NCBI GenBank assembly: GCA_031396835.1
Contig: JANNLO010000100.1
Location: forward strand, 1 to 63,590
Reading direction: 5' to 3'
DNA: 63,590 nucleotides
Source of the DNA: Snowella sp. SOY_38_metabat_116
GTDB taxonomy: Bacteria; Cyanobacteriota; Cyanobacteriia; Cyanobacteriales; Microcystaceae
Both the position numbers and the translations under genes were made by a program. The notes under the pieces are model-generated. The model saw only the letters and a list, made by a program, of their open reading frames with translations. It had not been told where the DNA came from and did not search any database. Shown piece by piece: positions 31,137 to 40,119 of this stretch (positions within the stretch are counted from its first letter, which is position 1; the number at the start of each line of letters is the position of its first letter).

Positions 31137-31934
31137 TCTTAAGTGTAAATAAGATGTTTTGATGTCGTAGCCTATATCTCCTAAAATAGCAATATCTAAT
31201 GGACTTGGTAACTGACGAGTTCCAGTTAACACTGGATCCATTAAATCTTCAGCTGAACCAGATAAAGTAAATCCTTCTTTGATATGTTTTAGATCAGATT
31301 CCAAAGGAATAGGTTGGCTTTTATTAAGGCTTCGACTAATGGGCCCATTAAATCCTTGGTCTGTTATTTGGCGTTCAAAAACTGGAGCTTTTCCTATTCC
31401 TATTACGTGGCCTATTTCATGAAGAGCGATTGACAAAAAGTCGTATTGATCATTAGGAACATCATAACTCGTCTGCGGGGTTGTATCAAAGAAGAATTTT
31501 TCTCCTGATTGCCATTGACTTAGTTCTCCAGAATTGAACGCGATGGTACCCACCCAAGGTTGAAACTTATCGCCATTGTAACGATTACTTTCATCTGTCG
31601 ATTGCTCGAATGATTCCCCAAATCCTAAAATATTGCTATAAGTCCACCAAGGAATATCAATACTATAAGCAAAAATCAATAGGTCATCAATAGGTTGGCT
31701 CAGGGTAACGGTTTTTAGGGGGCGTCCAAAAGAAGGAAATCCAGTTACCCCTAAGTCACCGTAAGAATCCGCGATTGGAACGCTAACAGTTGTCCCTATA
31801 GGTTTTGGTGCAAAGTCATCATTTAGATAGGATTCCCAGATTTTTGCGGCTTGTTCTAAGATATTTTTTCTGAGCGGATCACTAAAAAATCCTTGAGTAT
31901 CAAAGCGGTAGTCAAATTGAATATTAAAAGTCAT
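30684..31934 (-). CDS. putative zinc metalloprotease-like protein (HExxH) with three C-terminal DUF5648-like repeats
   Basis: LHEIGHVIGIG at nt 31407..31421 region (HExxH, but no third His of the metzincin HExxHxxGxxH). The C-terminal 150 aa hold three RF(Q/K)N..GTYLF.G..E...FKEEG.AF repeats. No Sec-type leader. Confidence 0.6.
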   Translation of the reverse strand: MTFNIQFDYRFDTQGFFSDPLRKNILEQAAKIWESYLNDDFAPKPIGTTVSVPIADSYGDLGVTGFPSFGRPLKTVTLSQPIDDLLIFAYSIDIPWWTYSNILGFGESFEQSTDESNRYNGDKFQPWVGTIAFNSGELSQWQSGEKFFFDTTPQTSYDVPNDQYDFLSIALHEIGHVIGIGKAPVFERQITDQGFNGPISRSLNKSQPIPLESDLKHIKEGFTLSGSAEDLMDPVLTGTRQLPSPLDIAILGDIGYDIKTSYLHLRDKLTTPIIRFQNMDKSGTYLFVGEQEAASIRKSYKGFKEEGIAFQVAVSKDDPLMQPFYRFKNTAKGREGTYLFAGEQEATSIRANFKNFKEEGLAFYAYSAGVGVGTTDFARFQNKSTPGTYLFTGPSETSSVLNNAGFALEGSAFAAG

Positions 31935-32016
31935 CGATTGATTTTTTTAAAACAAAGAGTGGAAATAGTGTCAAACCTAACTCAAAACTTGATCAACACC
32001 ATTTCTATTTTAGCGT

Positions 32017-32472
32017 TTAACCAGCCGCAGCAAAAGCAGAACCTTCTAACGTAAAACCAGGGTTATTCGTTACCGAACTAGTCTCAGAAGGGCCAGTAAA
32101 TAGATAAGTTCCTGGCAAACCCTTATTTTGGAATCGAGCAAAGTTAGTGGTTCCTCCTCCTACTCCTGCTGAATAGGCATAAAAAGCTAATCCTTCTTCC
32201 TTAAAGTTTTTAAAGTTTGCACGAATAGAAGTAGCTTCTCCTTCTCCTGCAAATAAATAAGTTCCTTCTCGACCTTGTGCGGTATTCTGAAAACGATAGA
32301 AGGGAGTCATCAAAGGATCGTTTTTACTGGCCGCAACTTGGAACGCGAGTCCCTCTTCTTTAAAGTTTTTAAAGTTTGCACGAATAGAGGTAGCTTCTCC
32401 TTCTCCTGCAAATAAATAAGTTCCAGGCTTATCCGTATTTTGGAAGCGAATAATAGGAGTTGTTAGCTTATC
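32017..32472 (-). repeat. copy 2 of duplicated 3' gene module
   Basis: See copy 1. Protein segments DKLTTPIIRFQN...LEGSAFAA(A)G are collinear in both genes. Confidence 0.85.
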
Positions 32473-34152
32473 TTTTAGACTTGAACCAGTTGAATCGTCA
32501 TTGGTAATTGTGCCAACTCCTTGGGCATCGCCAATGGTGGCACCGCCTGTGGGATTGGTCAGATTGACGAAGAAGGTTTCATTGGGTTCGACCTTGGTAT
32601 CTCCGATAATAGGAACCGCGATCTGCTTGGTAGTCTCTCCTGGAGCGAAGGTTAGAGTCCCAGTGGTAGCTGTATAATCTGAATCCGCCGTAGTCGCCGT
32701 TTGATCGGCAGTGGCGAAGTTAACGTTAACGGCAGATGCACTAGCAGTCGATAGGGTGACAGTAAAGTTCAAATTAGTCGTACCACTGTTGCCTTCATTG
32801 ATAGCTACGTCGTTTATGCTGAGCGTCGGTAAGACAGTTGCTGCAACTTTAAAAAGCTCAGCCCCATTTGTCCCATCATCGGCATTAAACAGGAGAGTAC
32901 CATTAAGATTGGTCAGATAAAAAGGGTTCGAACCAGTCGCTCCCGGTCTCAAATTGGTAGTGAGAACAGTACCAGAGGTAGTTCCATCACTCTGCCAAAG
33001 CTCAGTCCCATTTGTCCCATCATCGGCACTAAAGTAGAGAGTACCATTGATATTGGTCAGATCAAAAGGAGTCGAACCAGTCGCTCCCGGATTAATATCT
33101 TTGACTAGGACAGTACCTGCAATCGTTCCGTCACTTTTCCAAAGCTCAGTCCCATTCGTTCCATCATTAGCAGTAAAGTAGAGAGTCCCATTGACATTGG
33201 TCAGATTAGAAGGAGCCGAGTTACCCCCTGCTGGATTAATATTTTTGACCATGACAGTACCTGCAACCGTTCCGTCACTCTTCCAAAGTTCCTGACCGTT
33301 GGTTCCATCATCGGCATTAAAATAGAGAGTCCCATTGACATTGGTTAGATAAGCAGGATTTGAATTTCCTGCTGCTGGATTAATATTGCGGACTAAGACA
33401 GTACCCGCACTCGTCCCGTCACTTTTCCAAAGCTCAGTCCCATTTGTCCCATCATTAGCACTAAAATAGAAAGTCCCATTGATATTGGTTAGAAAACTAG
33501 GATTCGAAGATCCTGCTCCGGCATTGATATCTTTAACTTGGAAAGTCCCAGCAGAAGTCCCGTTACTTGTCCAAAGCTCAGTTCCACTAGCACCATCAGT
33601 GGCACTAAAGTAGAGAGTCCCATTGACATTGATTAGCTCGGAAGGAGATGAGCTACCCGCTCCGATATTAATGTCTCGGATCAGGACGGTTCCACTAGCA
33701 GTTCCGTCACTTTTCCAAAGCTCATCCCCATTTGTTCCATCATTAGCCGAGAAGTAGAGAGTGCCATTGACATTGGTCAGATAAAAAGGAGTCGAACTAC
33801 CTCCTGCTGGATTGATATTGCTGACTAGAGAAGTCCCAGCAGCCGTTCCGTCTGTTTTCCAAAGCTCATCCCCATTTGTTCCATCATTAGCTGAGAAGTA
33901 GAGAGTGCCATTGACATTGGTCTCGTTATCAGGAGACGAACTAGCTCCTGCTGGATTGATATTGCTGACTAGAGAAGTCCCAGCAGCCGTTCCGTCCGTT
34001 TTCCAAAGCTCAACCCCATTTGTTCCATCATTAGCCGAGAAGTAGAGAAAATTGCCGACAATGCCTCGCCCTTCAGGAGGGAAATAGGGAAGAGATGGAA
34101 ATGAACCACTCAATCCTGGGAAAATATCTTTAACCAATACAGGAATCGCCAT
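32017..34152 (-). CDS. ELWxxDGT-repeat protein with Calx-beta domain and three C-terminal DUF5648-like repeats
   Basis: Nine 48-aa repeats (NGTLYFSANDGTNG.ELWKSDGT.AGT). Calx-beta-like segment (DSDYTATTGTLTFAPGETTKQIAVPIIGDTKVEPNETFFVNL). Same C-terminal module as the downstream gene. No Sec-type leader. Confidence 0.75.
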   Translation of the reverse strand: MAIPVLVKDIFPGLSGSFPSLPYFPPEGRGIVGNFLYFSANDGTNGVELWKTDGTAAGTSLVSNINPAGASSSPDNETNVNGTLYFSANDGTNGDELWKTDGTAAGTSLVSNINPAGGSSTPFYLTNVNGTLYFSANDGTNGDELWKSDGTASGTVLIRDINIGAGSSSPSELINVNGTLYFSATDGASGTELWTSNGTSAGTFQVKDINAGAGSSNPSFLTNINGTFYFSANDGTNGTELWKSDGTSAGTVLVRNINPAAGNSNPAYLTNVNGTLYFNADDGTNGQELWKSDGTVAGTVMVKNINPAGGNSAPSNLTNVNGTLYFTANDGTNGTELWKSDGTIAGTVLVKDINPGATGSTPFDLTNINGTLYFSADDGTNGTELWQSDGTTSGTVLTTNLRPGATGSNPFYLTNLNGTLLFNADDGTNGAELFKVAATVLPTLSINDVAINEGNSGTTNLNFTVTLSTASASAVNVNFATADQTATTADSDYTATTGTLTFAPGETTKQIAVPIIGDTKVEPNETFFVNLTNPTGGATIGDAQGVGTITNDDSTGSSLKDKLTTPIIRFQNTDKPGTYLFAGEGEATSIRANFKNFKEEGLAFQVAASKNDPLMTPFYRFQNTAQGREGTYLFAGEGEATSIRANFKNFKEEGLAFYAYSAGVGGGTTNFARFQNKGLPGTYLFTGPSETSSVTNNPGFTLEGSAFAAAG
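32845..34056 (-). repeat. intragenic tandem repeat, 9 x 144 bp (ELWxxDGT units)
   Basis: The Trp of ELW recurs every 48 aa (W50, W98, W146 ... F434). The two N-terminal units are near-identical at DNA level (for example CCTGCTGGATTGATATTGCTGACTAGAGAAGTCCCAGCAGCCGTTCCGTC at 33803 and 33947). Confidence 0.85.
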
Positions 34153-34806
34153 CAGATTTTACCTCGCATTTTTTTAATTACACTATTTTTTAACTATTTG
34201 AACAAGCTAACGTAATGCAATGTTTAACTAATCATTTAGCTTTTGATTTATGAAGCTTTCAAAAATCAGTAACTATCCTGAAAGCTCTATTCCATAAGTA
34301 TAGAAAATATCCCATAAAGCAAACATCTCTCTATGGAAAGAAGCCATTTGGGATCTTTTTCGGAACGGTTACGGTGAAGGGATTGTGATAAAATCGATAA
34401 TTTGGTGAAACCCCCGTCTGTTAAGGTTTACAGGATAGATACCAAATAGGCTCTATAGGCATAGACGTAAAATACATGGATACATTAACAACTCAAGAAA
34501 AAAATTACAAAACATCTAAATATTATTTAACATCTAGAATTCTTTAGATATTTTTAATAGCCTAACTTTAGTCAAAGTTTCCGAAATATAAATGCCTTAG
34601 TTACAAGGCTTGCTGTTTTGTCTGCTCAAAGAGTATACTGGGCCAGCAATTCTCATTTTAAAACATTTGTACTATAAAAAGTTGTCAGATTTACCAATAC
34701 AGTTAAACAGGTCAACGATAGAATAAGGGTTTGAGGTATTGCAAGGCGATAGATTTATGAGAATTGCTGATACTAGACCTGTTGGGAAATAAAAGAGAAA
34801 ATCGCC

Positions 34807-34879
34807 GAAACCCTTGCCAGCACTGGATCTCAAGGATCTTGAGCAGGAAACACTGAAATGCTTACTGGATAAGGGTTTC
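34807..34879. other. 73-nt imperfect palindrome / nested hairpin in non-coding spacer
   Basis: GAAACCCTTGCCAG (34807..) pairs with CTGGATAAGGGTTTC (..34879). Inner perfect hairpin CTCAAG-GAT-CTTGAG at 34829..34843. A related AAGGGTTTGAGG lies at about 34724. Confidence 0.4.
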
Positions 34880-35070
34880 AAGGATGTTTTGGCTTATTAC
34901 CCAACAAATCTACTGTCTCAAGTTAGTTCAGTCGCAGCATTGAAAAGTTGATTGTTTTGTAGCTTAAAAGCATAGTCCCTATCGAGCAAGCATCTAAAAA
35001 ATAGAAATGTATTCTTATTTTTCAATAAGTGTGGTATGAAAATTTATTTCATTAGAGAGATTCACTAACG

Positions 35071-37443
35071 ATGTCTAAGAAAATAGCATTTTTCACTATC
35101 TGCTCAAATAATTATTTGCCCTATGCCCAGATTCTTTTCAACTCACTCAAAAAAATTCATCCTGAATCTAGTTTATTTCTTTGTTTAGCCGATATCAAAA
35201 CCCAAGGAAGCGACATCGACGGCGTATCTATCATCGAAGCCAGAGAGTTGAATGTTCCTAATTTTAGTGATTTTGCATTCCGATATGATGTAATGGAATT
35301 TAATACCGCTCTCAAACCCTTCATGATGAGCTGGTTGATTGAAAAATATGATTATGAGCAAGTCGTCTATCTCGATCCCGATATAGAAGTTTTTTCACCC
35401 CTCCAGTCAGTTTTTGATGCTCTAAACTCAGGTAAAAATTTTGTTATTACTCCCCATTTGACAGCTCCCGCCGAAACATCTGCCTATCCCAGTGACGTAG
35501 ATATCATGAAAGCAGGCATCTATAATTTAGGTTTTATTGCGGTCAGTAATCATCCCGATGTCTATTATTTTTTGCATTGGTGGGCGCGTCGGCTGAGATT
35601 TCAGTGTATTAATCAACAAGACCAAGGAATTTTTGTAGATCAAAAATTTGTCGATTTACTTCCTGCTTTTTTCGATAATGTTGCGATCCTCCGAGACACC
35701 ACGTTAAATGTTGCCTATTGGAATTTAGAGCAAAGAGAATTAACCTACGATAAAGACGAAAATATTTGGCTAGTAGATAATAGACCACTCACTTTTTTCC
35801 ATTTTAGCGGTATTAGTCCTAAAAATAGGCATAGATTATCAAAACATACCTCTCGATTTAATGAAAATCTAAACCCAGCTTTACAGGCAATTATTGACCA
35901 TTATATTGATCAATACGAGGCAAATATCGATGCTAACCTTTTAATCAAAGAATATAGTTATAATCACTTCGATAACGGCTTATTTATTTCTGATTTAATG
36001 AGACGTTATTATAGAGAATTGGATAATATTTGGTTAGAAGATCCCTTTAAAACGTTTTATCAGTATTTAAACGAAACTAATCTTACTATTCTAAAACTGT
36101 CTTCATGCAGTATTACTAATTTAATGTATGCTCTTTGGTCTAAAGATGAAGGATTAAGAAATTCATTTAAGCTAAATAGTTATGAAGATGTTCAATCCTA
36201 TTGCCGATGGTTTATTCAATATTCGTTCCATTATAAAATTGATGAATATTTTGTTCAACCAGTCTTAGATCGCGTTACTAAAAATCTTAATCCTGCTTCT
36301 ATTAAGAATCTTTCACACTTAAATAAAAACACTAAAAATCTTATTGGTGTTATCGGTTATTTAAAAACTGAAACAGGCGTTGGTCAAGCGGGTCGGTTGG
36401 TTGCTCAAAGTCTTGAAAGATCAGGGTTTTCTCTTCAAGGATTAGACGTTTCGATTAATGTACATTCGCGACAAAATGATAATAGAATTGAGCATTTATT
36501 AAAACCTAAAATTGACTCTCCGATACATATTTATAAGGTGAATGCTGACCAATTATCTATTGTCAAAAATCATATTGCTTCCCAGATCAATCGTGCAGAT
36601 TATCAAATTAGTATGCCCGCATGGGAACTGAGTATTTTTCCTTCGGATTGGATTAACAACCTTTCTGAAATTAATGAAGTCTGGGTAGAATCTGAATTTG
36701 TTAGGGCATCTTTACAAGCAAAATTGAGTATCCCAATTTATTGTATGCCTCCTGCTATTACGATTGATAACTTTATTGTTCAGGATCGACAATACTTTAA
36801 TTTACCTGAAAATACGTTTCTATTTCATTTTAATTTTGACTTTGCATCTTATTCAAGCCGAAAAAATCCTGAAGCGGTCATTTCTGCTTACAGAAAAGCT
36901 TTTCGGAAAAAATGTTTAAGTATTCCTACCACTTTGGTTATTAAAGTCAGAGGTTACGATCCCGACAATAAACAATTACAAATGTTAATGGATGCTACTG
37001 ATAACGAACAAGATATTATTGTAATTAATAAACAACTTAACCATTCTGATAGCTTGGCATTAATGAATTGTTGCGATTGTTATGTCTCGCTACATCGTTC
37101 AGAGGGTTTTGGTTATACATTGGCAGAGTCAATGCTTTTAGGTAAACCTGTAATTGCCACTAATTTTTCAGGAAGTAAAGATTTTGTTAAGAAATCAACG
37201 GGTTTTCCGATATCCTATCAACTAATCCCTCTTAATGAGGGAAACTATCCATTTTACGAAAATCAATTGTGGGCCGATTCTGATCTTGATCATGCCGCCT
37301 GGACAATGAGAAAAATTGTGTTAGATGATGAAAATACCAAAAAAATTGCCCATAATGGTCAACAGTATATTAAAAGTTTTCATTCTCTTGATGCGGCTGG
37401 AAAGCGTTATCTAAATCGGCTAAATGAACTGGGTATTTTTTGA
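35071..37443 (+). CDS. two-domain glycosyltransferase (N-terminal GT-A/DxD domain + C-terminal GT4-like GT-B domain)
   Basis: N-terminal IAFFTICSNNYLPYA...VVYLDPDIEVF (DxD). C-terminal HRSEGFGYTLAESMLLGKPVIATNFSG (EX7E-type GT4 motif). 790 aa. Confidence 0.75.
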   Translation: MSKKIAFFTICSNNYLPYAQILFNSLKKIHPESSLFLCLADIKTQGSDIDGVSIIEARELNVPNFSDFAFRYDVMEFNTALKPFMMSWLIEKYDYEQVVYLDPDIEVFSPLQSVFDALNSGKNFVITPHLTAPAETSAYPSDVDIMKAGIYNLGFIAVSNHPDVYYFLHWWARRLRFQCINQQDQGIFVDQKFVDLLPAFFDNVAILRDTTLNVAYWNLEQRELTYDKDENIWLVDNRPLTFFHFSGISPKNRHRLSKHTSRFNENLNPALQAIIDHYIDQYEANIDANLLIKEYSYNHFDNGLFISDLMRRYYRELDNIWLEDPFKTFYQYLNETNLTILKLSSCSITNLMYALWSKDEGLRNSFKLNSYEDVQSYCRWFIQYSFHYKIDEYFVQPVLDRVTKNLNPASIKNLSHLNKNTKNLIGVIGYLKTETGVGQAGRLVAQSLERSGFSLQGLDVSINVHSRQNDNRIEHLLKPKIDSPIHIYKVNADQLSIVKNHIASQINRADYQISMPAWELSIFPSDWINNLSEINEVWVESEFVRASLQAKLSIPIYCMPPAITIDNFIVQDRQYFNLPENTFLFHFNFDFASYSSRKNPEAVISAYRKAFRKKCLSIPTTLVIKVRGYDPDNKQLQMLMDATDNEQDIIVINKQLNHSDSLALMNCCDCYVSLHRSEGFGYTLAESMLLGKPVIATNFSGSKDFVKKSTGFPISYQLIPLNEGNYPFYENQLWADSDLDHAAWTMRKIVLDDENTKKIAHNGQQYIKSFHSLDAAGKRYLNRLNELGIF

Positions 37444-37471
37444 TTTTTAATTTCATACGACTTATTTTTTT

Positions 37472-38557
37472 ATGTTTATTTCCTACTCTCAAAACTTTGA
37501 AGATGTTATTCTTAACCGAATTTTTCAGGATAAAAAAAATGGTTTTTACATTGATGTAGGAGCTAATCATCCCATTTATGATTCGGTCACAATGGCGTTT
37601 TATGAAAGAGGTTGGCAAGGAATAAATATTGAACCAATGCCCAGTCAGTTTGAATTATTTGTTAAGGATCGTCCGCGTGATATTAACCTCAATCTTGCGA
37701 TCAGTGATCAAGAAAAAGAGGTAGATTTTTTTGATCTTAAAGGAACAGGATTTTCAACCCTTGATAAAGAAATTGCAATGTCATTAGTTGAAGAAAAAAA
37801 ATTAGAGTTGGATGTTTATAAAGTTGAGACACGTTCATTATTATCGGTCTGTCTGGAGTTTGTTAATATTCAAATTGACTTTTTGAAAATTGATGTTGAA
37901 GGTTGGGAAGAATATGTAATCAATAGTAATAATTGGCAACGTTTTCGCCCTACGATTGTGATTGTTGAAGCAACTTTTCCTGGGAAGCCAAAATATAAAC
38001 AAACAAATATTCCTAAAGTTTTAGAGTCTCATAATTATAGGAAAGTGTATTTTGATGGTTTAAATGACTTTTATTTAGCGGAAGAATCAAATGAATTAAT
38101 TGAGCATTTTGGTATCCCTCCCAATGTTTTTGACAATTTTCAGTCATATAAGTACTGCGACATGAAAAAGCACGCTGATAATTTAGTGCAGGTTGTCCGC
38201 GATCGCGAGATAGAAATAGGTAATCATATTTCCGAAAATCTTACATTAAAACAAAAAAATACAATTTTGGACAATCTTTTATTAGATGAGAAATTTGAAA
38301 CTAATCGATTAATGAAGGAAATTAAAAATATTAGTTTAAAAAGTAAACAAGACCTATTAGAGACTCATATATTTGTAGAAAAAATTACCTCAGAACTCTC
38401 TTCTTCAAAAACACAATTATGCTCAGAATTTTTATCTTCACAGAATAAAATAAATGATTTGCTCGAACAAATAGCTGCCATAAAAACTAGTAAATTTTGG
38501 AAATTAAGAACACTTTGGTTCAAAATTAAAAGATTAATTGGACTTCCCTCTGACTGA
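37472..38557 (+). CDS. FkbM-family methyltransferase with C-terminal coiled coil and amphipathic tail
   Basis: YIDVGANHP and FLKIDVEGWE FkbM motifs. The last ~125 aa are heptad-rich and end in KTSKFWKLRTLWFKIKRLIGL (38483..38545). Confidence 0.75.
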   Translation: MFISYSQNFEDVILNRIFQDKKNGFYIDVGANHPIYDSVTMAFYERGWQGINIEPMPSQFELFVKDRPRDINLNLAISDQEKEVDFFDLKGTGFSTLDKEIAMSLVEEKKLELDVYKVETRSLLSVCLEFVNIQIDFLKIDVEGWEEYVINSNNWQRFRPTIVIVEATFPGKPKYKQTNIPKVLESHNYRKVYFDGLNDFYLAEESNELIEHFGIPPNVFDNFQSYKYCDMKKHADNLVQVVRDREIEIGNHISENLTLKQKNTILDNLLLDEKFETNRLMKEIKNISLKSKQDLLETHIFVEKITSELSSSKTQLCSEFLSSQNKINDLLEQIAAIKTSKFWKLRTLWFKIKRLIGLPSD

Positions 38558-38587
38558 TTATCATGAATTTTGACACGAATTTAAACT

Positions 38588-39925
38588 ATGGAAAAATCTT
38601 TGACTTTAGTTATTGACGGAGTATTTTTTCAGATTAACCAGACAGGTATTGCTCGTGTTTGGTCAATGCTGCTTAAATACTGGCAAAAATCAGGTTTTAT
38701 AACACAGATTATTCTGATTGATCGCGCAGAAACCGCACCAAAATTAGAAGGAATTAACTATTATTCAATGTCCGCTTATGACTATCGTGAAAGAGCCTTA
38801 GACTCAGAGCGATTACAGTTCGTTTGTGATAAGTTTCAAGCAGATTTATTTATTTCAACTTATTATACCACTCCTTTAACAACTCCCTCTATTTTGATGA
38901 TTCATGATATGATTCCAGAAGTTTTTGGATTCGATTTAAGTGAGCTTTGTTGGCAAGAAAAGTATTATTCTATTTTATATGCAACGCGATATATAACTGT
39001 TTCTCAAAATACTAATCGTGATTTATTAAAATTTTATCCTCATATTAATAAATCCCTTGTTAGCCTTGTCTATAATGGCGTTGATAAACTATTTGAACCA
39101 GCTTCTCATCAAGAAATTCTTCAAGTTAAAGAAAAAATAGGCATTGGTTTACCCTACTTTCTGATAGTTGGTTCTCGCATGAGTCTGCAAGGATATAAAA
39201 ATGCAATTGTGTTTTTTAAAGCGTTAAGTCAGTGGCAACAAAAACGAGAATTTGAAATTGTTTGTGTGGGCGGCGAGACTGAATTAGAAATTGATTTATT
39301 TGCTCTTACTAAAGACCTAAAAATTCATCTTCTTCAAGTTAATGATTTAGAATTAAAGGCGATTTATTCGGGTGCGATCGCGCTAGTTTATCCATCTTTG
39401 TATGAGGGATTTGGTTTACCGATTGTTGAAGCGATGGCCTGTGGTTGTCCAGTTATTACTTGTCGCAATTCTTCTCTTTCTGAAGTGGCAGGAGATGCAG
39501 CTATTTATGTTGATGAATATGATGTACTAGAGATGATCCAATCTCTTGAAAAAGTCCAAGTTGCCGAAGTTCGTCAAAAACTTATTCAAGCAGGTTTAAA
39601 GCAAGCTAAGAAATTTTCTTGGGACAAAATGGCGGAAGACATCGCTAATATTTGCTTAAAAACAGTTCAAGAAGTGAAATCTAAACAATTAGAAATATCT
39701 CAATTTTCTTTACTTTGGCAAGATTTTAGACAAGAACAAATTAAATTAGAAAACTCAAGAAAAGTTCAAGCTGATCAACAATCATCTCATTTAGAAGAAA
39801 TTACAAAACTTCAAAGATATTTAGAATTAGCTACAGCAGAAATTGAAGCAATGAAAACTAGCAAGTTTTGGAAAATACGATCATTATGGTTCGCAATTAA
39901 GAAGCAATTGGGATTTTCAAGCTGA
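38588..39925 (+). CDS. GT4-family glycosyltransferase with C-terminal coiled coil and amphipathic tail
   Basis: YPSLYEGFGLPIVEAMACGCPVI motif. C-terminal heptad region ends in KTSKFWKIRSLWFAIKKQLGF (39854..39916). Confidence 0.8.
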   Translation: MEKSLTLVIDGVFFQINQTGIARVWSMLLKYWQKSGFITQIILIDRAETAPKLEGINYYSMSAYDYRERALDSERLQFVCDKFQADLFISTYYTTPLTTPSILMIHDMIPEVFGFDLSELCWQEKYYSILYATRYITVSQNTNRDLLKFYPHINKSLVSLVYNGVDKLFEPASHQEILQVKEKIGIGLPYFLIVGSRMSLQGYKNAIVFFKALSQWQQKREFEIVCVGGETELEIDLFALTKDLKIHLLQVNDLELKAIYSGAIALVYPSLYEGFGLPIVEAMACGCPVITCRNSSLSEVAGDAAIYVDEYDVLEMIQSLEKVQVAEVRQKLIQAGLKQAKKFSWDKMAEDIANICLKTVQEVKSKQLEISQFSLLWQDFRQEQIKLENSRKVQADQQSSHLEEITKLQRYLELATAEIEAMKTSKFWKIRSLWFAIKKQLGFSS

Positions 39926-40119
39926 ATAATTTTATCCAAAATACAATAAAAATTAATCATAAAATGCCAATATTCTTCTGATTATTTAGAAAGCGATCGC
40001 GGCGAGAAACGGCTCATTGAAATCTCAATCTTTGTCTGACTTCTCCCCAATTTCCCTAGACTGCTAGAATAAAAATAATTGTTGCAATTTGTATCATTTT
40101 TTGTCAACCCTAAACTTTT

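Noticed and set aside
32845-34056. Regular 144-bp periodic repeats as a possible CRISPR or satellite array
   Set aside because: They are in frame within a long ORF and encode the ELWxxDGT protein repeat. There is no spacer/repeat alternation.
34672-34881. 69-aa minus-strand ORF in the long spacer upstream of the glycosyltransferase
   Set aside because: S/F/L-rich low-complexity translation with no motif. It spans the palindromic element, so the open frame is probably incidental.
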